NCBI GenBank assembly: GCA_028023455.1
Contig: JAQFVV010000010.1
Span: 16,740,001 to 16,804,000, forward strand
Reading direction: 5' to 3'
Source: Epiperipatus broadwayi
Taxonomy: Eukaryota; Animalia; Onychophora
DNA: 64,000 nt
Below, piece after piece: positions 54,620 through 64,000 of the stretch. The notes below the pieces were generated by a model, which worked only from the letters and a program-made list of their open reading frames with translations, made no database searches and was not told the origin of the DNA. A program made the position numbers and the translations under genes. Numbering within the stretch: the first letter of the stretch is position 1; each line of letters begins with the position of its first letter.

Positions 54620-55322
54620 ATAAAAGTATATATATAAATGTAAGATGTAAATTTTTGATACTTATGTATGACAACATATCAAAACATATTTATAAGATTA
54701 GCAGTGCTTATGCATTTTAAAACAAGGGTATAAGACAGATAAAAAGATTTCTGGATTGAAGCTCAATCCAACATTTTCAATATGCAAACATCATATAATC
54801 TAAAAAGCAATTAACTATTTGATTTTTTTTAATTATTGCCAGTCATTAGTATTTTAAAATTTTGAAGTAGTATCATTTTTTTTTCTTTAATTAAAAATAA
54901 AATTAAGTATTGATATTAAATATGAATTCTTATTTCAAAACTTTAAAAACTATTTTCTTATATAAAATAAGCAATAACTTAGTGCTCTTTAACTGTAGAA
55001 TTTATCATTTAAAAAATACTGATATTATTTGAACATTATCATTTTAAAATAATAAAATTTAGAAATATTTTTAAAATTAAAGATAGCCACACGTTTAATC
55101 CTAATTTCTTTCATTAAAATGAAGTGCATTCCAGTAGTGAGTGAAAGAAGTTATACAATTAAAATTGAATCTATACCCGTTTTTTTTTCTTGCACATAGC
55201 TTATAGGAAAAGTATAGCATTATAAAATAAACAAAAAATACCAATAAACCAATTCAAAGCAGTAATAATTTAAATTAAATTTTTCATTAAGTATAAGCAA
55301 TAGCTTCAACTATTCATTTTCT

Positions 55323-55529
55323 TATAATATTAATATCATCTATGTTCTTTATTACTTTTACGATGCTTTTTTTACAACCTAATATGACAGTGTCGATTGC
55401 CCCAGCAATCTTCTTCAGCATATAAGTAGTTTTGAAGTCGATTCCCAGGGGTAATCGAAACTGTCACATTAGGTTGTAAAAAAATGCATTATAAAAGTAA
55501 TAAAGAACATAGATGATATTAATATTATA
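55323..55529. repeat. Fold-back with two head-to-head defective hammerhead cores
   Basis: Arms 55323-55403 and 55449-55529. Minus core CUGAAGA-A-GAUUGC-UGGG-GCAAUC-GACA-CUG-UC (55386-55418). Plus core UUGAAGUC..GAAA-CUG-UC (55432-55465). Confidence 0.8.
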
Positions 55530-55811
55530 TGAATTTGGCAATGCAATAGGAAAGATAAAGTTATAATACTCCATAATGAAGTTATCTTTTTAGTTTACTG
55601 CATTTAAAATTATTTCTTTTCATTATTAAAATAAGCATATTACATTTAGTATATGCTTATTGGCATATTTCAACTGGATAGTACTTGAATAGAGTCAAAT
55701 CAATTTTGAATTTCTGTAATTTATTTGTCTTTTCATAAATTTTTAATAAAAACTGTTTATTTAAAAGCATTTATTGGGCATATACTAAAAAAAGAAAAAG
55801 ATGCTTTAGAT

Positions 55812-57394
55812 CAGCGTTTCCCAACCTTTTTTGGCTCATGTACCACTTGGTAGTACATCACGCTAAATTGTATCACTTCGTAAAAATGATTGTATTTTGT
55901 GAAATTTGTTATTGTGAGTGTGTTATTTTATTTGCATTATATATATTATAGGGTGACCATGTATGTATTCACATCTCATAATGAGACAAATTACATTGAA
56001 ACATGCCTAAACGTCACACCAGATTATAAACTCACTGTAACATATTTATATGTATGTGTTTGTTCAAAGTTTCATATTTTTTTCCAAAATAATTTATTAA
56101 AGATTACATTATTACATTAAAGGTTATTTGGTACATATTTTGTTCAAAGTGTTTTCTCATTCCTTCATTTGGTTTTCCCGAATTTGAGTCTGTTTTCTCT
56201 TTTTTGGAGCATCTTGCTATTGGTTGGGCCATGGAGAGGATAAATCCAGCATATCCCAAGTCATGGTAAAAATAACCTCAGGGGTTATCAGGCTATCTCT
56301 TGTTCTTGTTTTCTTTATATTGTTCAGCATGAAGTTAATAGGATTAAAATTTTGATGATTAAATACTAGCTTACATCTAGTAATCCACAATAGATGATCA
56401 AGAATTAATGAGATTCTAATTTCTGGGTATGATCCTTTTCTGATACATTCTTTCAAATTAAATAATTTAGATTGATTTGCCTTGATCCGACTCATTATTT
56501 ATCTACTATTTTGTCATATTTTGTTTACTAATAAATGGTTTTAATAAAAACATAAAATTATAAAAAAACAATTAGTATATTTTCTTATCATAATCAAATA
56601 TTTTTATAAAATAAATTTAATGAGATCTTTGTGCTTGTTTCGAACAACATAATTTTTTGAAATTTGGTTCTACAGCTGCGTTCAATCTGTTTCGATACTT
56701 ATTTTTCAAAAAAATATATGAAGAAAAAGCTCTTCCTACTAATTCTGTAGTAAACGGTAATAATAATTTAAGAGCTTTTTCAGAAAGTTGTTCATATTAT
56801 TTAATGTTTAACCAAAAATTAATTAGATTGTGTCGTTTGAATTCTACTTGTAAAGTTCTGTCACATGATAATTCTATTAAATTTTCTTTATCCTTTATTG
56901 ATAATGATGTAGCTTTTTATAAATTTTCTGCATAGAAGGGGTTTGAAATCCAATTATCATTTGTGTTTTCGGGTTTTGGAAAATATTCCATAAAAGACAA
57001 TTTTAATCCTGTTAAATGTGCTATTATATTTTCTCGTATATCTTGAGACAGACTAACCTTATTTTCAAACAAAAAAATATGTAGAGTTTTGAATACTTCC
57101 AGTTGATTGTTTTCGATACTTATATATATTACTGTTTCCAAAAATCTAATTTCTTAATCATACTTTCAATTTTATCATTAACATTAAAGATCGTTATCGA
57201 CTGTACATATTAACAACTTTACTGTATAATATTATTAATTAAAATAATTTTTATGAATTATAGGAAAAAACGTTTCTATATTTTTATGATTTAATTTTTT
57301 TTTATGTCCGCCATTATTGATTATTTTTCGTGTACCACCAACCAGCAACTCGCGTACCACCAGTGGTACGCGTACCACAGGTTGGGAAACACTG
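55812..57394 (-). mobile_element. Non-autonomous hAT-Charlie element (FAM200/ZBED-type transposase C-terminal remnant)
   Basis: 16-bp TIRs CAG(C/T)GTTTCCCAACCT and an 8-bp TSD CTTTAGAT at 55804-55811 and 57395-57402. Transposase remnant at 56640-57141 (IIAHLTGLKLSFMEYFP..NWISNPF; dimerisation-domain KNKYRNRL). Confidence 0.93.
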
Positions 57395-57574
57395 CTTTAG
57401 ATGATCAAATCACTCTGCAAAGCGTGATAAGTTCTTTTCCTTATACTGTAACTGGAGCAATTATATTTTTTTATTTATTTGCTTGTATATTGTTTTAGAT
57501 GTTCCACTTTACAAAAAAAAAAAAAATCAATTTTATATATAAGAAGGTATTTCAAATTACTCCCATATATTATA

Positions 57575-57934
57575 ATAGTAATAATAACAAGTCAGATGTC
57601 ACATGACTTATATATAGCTTGCACTTACAAATATGTAAAATTAAGAGTGTGCTAATAACTCTAAACAAGCTTTTTTTTTTTATTTATTTATGATAAATGC
57701 TACTACAAGAGAATGCATTCAAATCATTTTTATCTTGGATTGTCCCCATCCCCAGACCGGTTTCGACGTATGGGTGCTCCTCACTGAAGAGACCCATAAG
57801 TCGAAACCGGTCTGGGGATGGGGACAATCCAAGATAAAAATGATTTGAATGCCTTCTCTTGTAGTAGCATTTATCATAAATAAATAAATAAAAAAAAAAA
57901 GCTTGTTTAGAGTTATTAGCACACTCTTAATTTT
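57575..57934. mobile_element. 360-bp fold-back insertion (~140-bp arms, 16-nt loop) with a 14-bp TSD
   Basis: Arms 57637-57775 and 57792-57934. TCCCATATATTATA at 57561-57574 and 57935-57948. Confidence 0.93.
57778..57818 (+). ncRNA. Intact minimal type-I hammerhead ribozyme (family C)
   Basis: UCCUCA-CUGAAGA-GAC-CCAUAA-GUC-GAAA-CCGG-UC-UGGGGA: all core nucleotides canonical, G10.1-C11.1 pair, palindromic ACCGGU stem III. Predicted cleavage after C57812. Confidence 0.88.
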
Positions 57935-58416
57935 TCCCATATATTATACTAAACTATTTGAAATTTTTTTTTATTTTTTTAGAAAATAGAATATTATTTA
58001 AAATTCATTTTCTCTGATTACTATAGTCACAAATATTATTCATATATTCTTGTAACAACACCAATTTAAGTCATTCAATATTTGATTCAGATTATAATAT
58101 TTTTCCATTTCTGTTTTAAATTAATTACCATTTCAATTAATTTTTAAGAGTTTATAATATATTTATAAAAAATATTTATTAGTATTAATCACTCTATTCA
58201 GATTTAGAATGTTTTGTATCTTTTTTTTTCATTCTTACAAGTTAATCATTCCCTTATCATTTATCAATGTCTGTAGCCTAATACAATTCCTATTCTGTTT
58301 CTTAATGTAATCAATAATCTTTATGTGTTTATTCTTATTCATCCAACTTAACCATTTTTTCTTTGAAATCATCTTTGCAGTTCTGTAAAATTATATTTTA
58401 AGCAAAACAAATCTAT

Positions 58417-58749
58417 AAATACAATTTATCCAAACAGCTTCAAACACTTTTTAGCAAAACTCTTTATTTGTACATATACATACACCTACGTTTCGACTGA
58501 CCTGCAGACTTCTTCAGAGCAAGTCTATTTTGATCTTTTTTTTTTTTTAAAAAAAAAAAACGTTTTTTTTTTTAAAAAAGATCAAAATAGACTTGCAAAA
58601 AAGAAGACTGCAGGTCAGTCGAAACGTAGGTGTATGTATATGTACAAATAAAGAGTTATGCTAAAAAGTGTTTGAAGCGGTTTGGATAAATTGTATTTAT
58701 AGAATATTACAGCAAAAATAAAGAAAAGTGTGATTTTGGTAATATTTAT
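58417..58749. mobile_element. 333-bp fold-back insertion with a 13-bp TSD and hammerhead core
   Basis: Arms ~58412-58540 and ~58572-58703 surround a T/A-run centre. AAAACAAATCTAT at 58404-58416 and 58750-58762. Minus core CUGAAGA-A-GUCUG-CAGGU-CAGUC-GAAA-CG-UA at 58487-58517. Confidence 0.88.
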
Positions 58750-59211
58750 AAAACAAATCTATTTAAAATCCATTTAACTATTGCAATTTTCATTCTAAAT
58801 CCTTTGTAGGATATTGATTATCATAGACATTGAAAAGCACTAATATGTCTTCTAATTTCCAATCAATAACTGCCTTCAATCACTTATCCTTTTCACCTGC
58901 TTAATTTCATTTGCTGTAGTTTTATTTATACTTATTTTCATTCTAATGTTATTATTATAAATATAATCAATTGTATTTAATATTTTAACCTCTTCTCACT
59001 GCTAACAAACACTATAAAATCAACATGATGAAATGTTGCTTTCTTTCAGAAATACTAATTCCATCTTTATTAAATTAGCATTCATTTAGCACAACATTTA
59101 AATAAATATTTTTGCCTAACTTCTCTGAACTGACCTAAAGATGTTACTTAATGTTACAAATCCTTTCTGCCTTATGTATAAATTTCTGGACAGTTATCTC
59201 TTCTTTTTATT

Positions 59212-59375
59212 TCTTACAAGAACTCCCCTCATATACACTTTAATGCAAAACTTTTCTTAATGATTTCTTTATTTTCTTGACAGTTTCAACTGGACTGCAG
59301 TCTTCATCAGGAAAATAAAGAAATCAATAAAAAAATTTTTGCATTAAAGTGTGTAAGAGGGAAGTTATTGTAAGC
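59212..59375. repeat. Family-B fold-back with hammerhead core in the loop
   Basis: Arms ~59212-59276 and 59311-59375 are homologous to the arms at 40741-40948. Minus core CUGAUGA-A-GACUG-CAGUC-CAGUU-GAAA-CUG-UC at 59279-59310. Confidence 0.82.
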
Positions 59376-59946
59376 AATATGAATATATGAAGAAATACGA
59401 AGAAAGTAAAAGGAGACAAATAAGAATATATCTCTTCTTTTCTATACTTTTCTCTACCACCATCTAACAAAGTAACCCAATTAACCATGTCATATACTTT
59501 TTTAAAATGAAGGAAGCACTCCATAATGATATTTTGTGCGAAATTGGTATGTTACCAATTTACTTTATTTTATTTACAAAATTTAAACATATATATATAT
59601 GTTAGGAAATTAGAAATTGCAAGAAAACATTGATTTTAGTTTTTATTTTGCCAAATAATTATACTATGATTGTTTCAATCAACTTAAAATAAAAAAAAAA
59701 AAAATTAAAAGAATGATAATTTAACACAAGATATACCAAAAAAAAAATTAACATTTTACTTTTTTAATAAATGAAATGTTTCAATCCAAAAATAAAAATT
59801 ATAGAGACATTTTGTTATGAGTATGAATAAATAAATCTTCATAGATTTAGAATATATACTTTTGAAAACATCACACAATTTTTGCACAATTCAAATATTT
59901 TTGTAAAAGTAGATGCTAAAATATAATGAAAATCTTTACTAAAAAT

Positions 59947-61098
59947 GGTTGTCGTCGAATAGCTACTATATCCCACTCGATGGCGCAGTTTTCACGCTTA
60001 AACTATAAAATATGATCATTCCCAGGCTGTTAATTATAATCATTTTGATGTGTTTTTTGTAATGCGAAAATAAAAACAAAAGAAAATCGTCTTTTTTAAA
60101 TATTATTTAATTTTAAATATTATTATTAATTAACGTATACAAATTAAATGATAATAATAAATGTAAAATAAAATAAACAAATTACAATTTGATTTGTCTT
60201 TTTTAGTTTGCTTTTTATTAGAAAAATCAATTTCCTATTGGAGATTTTTTTACTGGGGTTACGGCTTTTTTTGTTGTTGTTGTTTACCACTACTTTTTAT
60301 TTCAAATAGAATGACAACTAAAAGTAAAACTTGTTACGGTTAGGTTTAGGGTTAGTTTTAGGGTTAGGTTTAGGGTTATTGTTCTGTTGTTTGTAATGCT
60401 AAAATAAAAAATATCAAAATCGTATTTTTGTAAATATTTTTTTACTAACATCTATAAAATAAATGATAACAATAAACGTAAACTATATTCAAAAAATTAT
60501 AACAGTAGTTGGAGAAAAGAAACTAAAACTTTTTTAAACAACGACAAATATATATATAAAATGTTTATAATATATGCTTTTTATGACATTTAAAAAAACA
60601 GTGTACAATTGTACTTTTCTTACTGGATATTTTTGTGTTAACACACTTTTTTATTTCAAAAATATACAGACGGTACAATCTTCTTTGTCTCATGGAATGT
60701 TGACTCGTTACCTACTTCCAACTCACTTTATACATATATCTCGTCAACATTTACTACTTAAAACTTCAATACACTACGGTATAAAAAGTCTGTTAATTAT
60801 TACTTTACAAAATCGGAACATTTCAATACTTTAAAATAAAAAAAATCAAATGAAAACAACATTTCCATCCAATCCAAAAAAACACACCCTCTCCCCAAGC
60901 CGTAACCATTTTATAAACTGTGCGATATTAGGAAAGTGTATTTGCTGTGTAAAACATACATGCGGTACTGCGACACGACATAGCGGCCTGCAATCTGTAG
61001 CACAACAAAAAAGTTGTATTATAGAAAATGCAGGTTCAAACGTGTCGGCCGCGAAAACAGCACCATCCAGTGGGATATAGGGCTCATCGACGAATACC
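59947..61098. mobile_element. Merlin-like non-autonomous DNA element (~50-bp TIRs, 8-bp TSD)
   Basis: TIRs GGT(TG/AT)TCGTCGA..CTATATCCCACT(C/G)GATGG(C/T)GC(A/T)GTTTTC. CTAAAAAT at 59939-59946 and 61099-61106. Internal TTAGG(G)-like repeats at 60337-60378. Confidence 0.82.
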
Positions 61099-61769
61099 CT
61101 AAAAATATACAATCATCAGCCAAATTGGGGAGGGGGCACAGCAATAATTTTTTGATTAGAAAGAACAAAAATATTTTCAAAGATTCAACTAATTACTTAT
61201 ATTTTATTAACAAGATTTAAAAATATTTTCTGAAATTGTCCTTAATTCTTTCTAGTATAGAAAGTTATTATGGAATGATTTGTTTTACTTAGCTACCAAT
61301 ATAAATTGTTCCTGACGATAATCAGGCCAAAATAAGAAAATAAATACTTTATTTTTGTAACAAAAAATATTTATTATAATCTAAATAATTATTTATTAAT
61401 AAGATGTTTATAAGCACCATACGTTAACAATTTCAGTTTTCACACATTCTAAAATAAAATATTTTAAAACATCTTTTACATTATTTTTACTATATTAACC
61501 TGTTTTCAAAAACATTTATCTAAACATTAAAAAAAAAAATTTTAAAACATTTTGGATCATTTGAAAAACAGAAAAAATAGAATCGAATTAAAAAATAAAA
61601 AACTGAGAAAATCATAGTTGGAAAGAGTTATATAAATGGATCAGAATTTACTTGGGGAATTTTATTATAGTATTGTATAAATAAAATCTTATGATTAAAA
61701 AAAAACGCTTACATGTAAAAAAAATTATTATACTAAACATAAACTAAATAATATAATAAAATGACGTAC

Positions 61770-61916
61770 AATTTTTGGTTTAAATGGAGGTTTAACTTTT
61801 CTTGTTTCTAAAGCTTCCCAGTCTATATCTTTAAAAAATGGATGAGCCTGTATGGCATTCTCTCCTCCTTGAGACACAATGCAACCAAGCCTTTTTGCAG
61901 GATTCTTGGTCATAAA
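61770..61916 (-). CDS. Pkc98E: Penultimate coding exon of novel PKC (kinase end/AGC C-terminal start)
   Basis: Acceptor TTTTCAG (61917-61923) and donor GTACGT (61769-61764). [49 protein letters not shown], 147 nt. Confidence 0.97.
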
Positions 61917-62456
61917 CTGAAAATAAAATTTTACTACTTTAAACAAAAAAATTTGTATGCAGAAATATAATAAATTTACAAATAATCCATCCATTTTCAA
62001 TAGCAAAAATTGTTAGTAGCTTTTACATACTTATTTATTTGCATATCGTGAGTTTTGTAATAAAAATTTAAAATTAAAGGCTATAACAATTTTTTTCATA
62101 GATAAATGATATCCAGAAATACATACACATTTATTCAAGCATACAGTGAAGGGAATTTAACAAGTTGTCATAATAGCAATGACATATGAAAATGGATCTA
62201 TACTTTATTATTAATGATTATATATAACATGCATACATTTCAAAAGCAAGACTAATTATTTTCTGAAACCCATCAGTTTATTTTCATAAAAGTATTTGTA
62301 AAAAAAATGACATTATTTTTTATGAAATGATTTCAAGGAATCCTACATATTTTACAAATTAAATAACAAATAATAAAGAAAATAATTTTAAAATTATAAT
62401 TACTACAGCTAGAAAAAGCAATGAAAAATTAACAATTTGGACTAAACTAGCGCTGG

Positions 62457-62576
62457 CCTGTCAAGCGTTGTTAGCCGAGAGATCATCGCAGCTGCCTTGC
62501 AAGCAAGTAGTTGGTTGCAGACGGTTGTGGGTTCGCCTCCCAGCCGATGCTATGACACATGGGGAAAAGAAATAAA
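62457..62576 (+). mobile_element. tRNA-derived SINE with a 13-bp TSD, in a PKC intron
   Basis: AAACTAG(C/T)GCTGG at 62444-62456 and 62577-62589. A/B boxes as in the other copies. Confidence 0.88.
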
Positions 62577-62999
62577 AAACTAGTGCTGGACTATCATCCA
62601 AATGAGATTAATCTTATTCTAATAAAAAGATGATTTTTACCATATACTTTTAAAGCTATATAAATAAAGGTTATGAAATGAGGAGATGAAAAGTAAGTTG
62701 GCAACAGCATTTCAGCCACAAATCATTTTAAGATACTATTAATATTCTTAAGATGGGGGGGGGCTGAAAATTGAAGGAGACTGCTAAAAGAATAATGTGT
62801 ATCACTACTTGTGAGTATGATGTTCTAATGCTAAGTGATTTCTTATGAATTTTATCTTAAATATTCAGGATTATTTTTTAAAGTCTCCAATATAATGAAG
62901 ATGCCATTGGCCATATTAAATGTAATAATTTAATTGGCAGACATTTAGTATTTCTGATATCAAGACTGAAATGCACACAATTCAGATAGTATAAAAAAT

Positions 63000-63620
63000 C
63001 TTATATTTTCGCTCTATCGTTTATTGTGAAGGCAGTGAATATCAATTGTAAAATATTAATCAATGGTGACTGCTTACAACATGTACACAAAGCATCAATT
63101 CTAGAAATTTGTTGATAGAGACAAATGATTTTACAGATTGAAAGATATTTCATGATTAGTTCCGATATCTTCATGAATAAAAAATTAACTATCAGCAATG
63201 TGTCAAGGATAGGCACAGAAAAAAAGAAGGCATTTTATATACGCACAAGTGATTTCTGTAATTCCACTATTTTCTAGATAAGTTAAAAATCCTTTGTTTT
63301 TCAGTACAATCTGCTGCAGGATGTTTATTCTCAAAGTCGTACTTTGAACATTTTGATTTCCATACAGTTTTTGTAATGAATTTTTCACCCCCCCCCCCCC
63401 CAAACATCTCAGAAAAGCTTTCAGAAATTCGGCCAAATGGATAAGAAATTAATAATATCAGTATGAAACAGTTGCAATTTTTATGTTTTTTGATAATCAC
63501 TAAGAGTAGCTGCATCTCTTCTGATATTTCATGTAGTGATATTGCGAAAACAAGAATGTCTAAATACTGATGTGGTGTTAAATTGAATATATTAAAATGA
63601 TATATAAAGTGTCTCTCCAA
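63000..63620 (-). mobile_element. Possible very old Tc1/mariner transposase remnant
   Basis: Overlapping broken ORFs with faint resemblance to the YSPDL..DF region. No TIRs identified. Confidence 0.3.
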
Positions 63621-64000
63621 ACAGGAAGTATCGTGATATTACATACAAAAACAATGACCACATAACGTCAGCCAATTCTTTAATTAACATATTGTAAGCT
63701 TGTTGGGACATTCTTAATTCAACAATATATTTAAGTAGATTAGATAAAATTGATGCTTAATTTTGATTTAATAAAATTATATTGGATTCGTTTTTTGTTA
63801 CCTTGTTATAAAAACAAAATGTAGAAGAAGCAGATGTTTGAGGATTAGATATTAATTCCAGTTTAAAAATTAAGTCTAGGACAATCTTAAGAGTCAATAT
63901 ATCTACAGAAATGAATTTCCTACTTATATATATGTGTTACACCACAAACAAAAATATTAAAAAAAGTAAACGAACGAAAGAACATTGTAATAGATCTTTT

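Noticed and set aside
60337-60378. Interstitial telomere (TTAGG/TTAGGG)
   Set aside because: A short degenerate tract internal to a TIR/TSD-bounded element, better explained as part of that element.

Overview
Strongly AT-rich eukaryotic DNA, most likely arthropod (inferred from the genes and the TE repertoire). Two spliced genes lie on the minus strand. At the right are the last two coding exons of a novel-type protein kinase C (Pkc98E/PKC-epsilon-like; 61916-61770 and 54322-54143). At the left is the first coding exon of an FBXO28/pallbearer-like F-box gene (5766-5668), which the ORF track misses. The ~48 kb between them and the introns are filled with decayed transposons: RTE LINEs (one full length with a 13-bp TSD), two Ty3/Gypsy relics, several Penelope-like element (PLE) fragments, Tigger/pogo, hAT-Charlie, Merlin-like elements, a SPIN/URR1-like MITE and a tRNA-derived SINE. 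The most notable signal is a set of short fold-back insertions and one short monomeric element. Five of these are bounded by 13-17 bp target-site duplications. Most carry minimal type-I hammerhead-ribozyme cores (CUGAnGA..GAAA..UH) from at least three sequence families, and five fold-backs cluster in the last PKC intron. All coordinates were read by eye. No database searches or folding programs were run.
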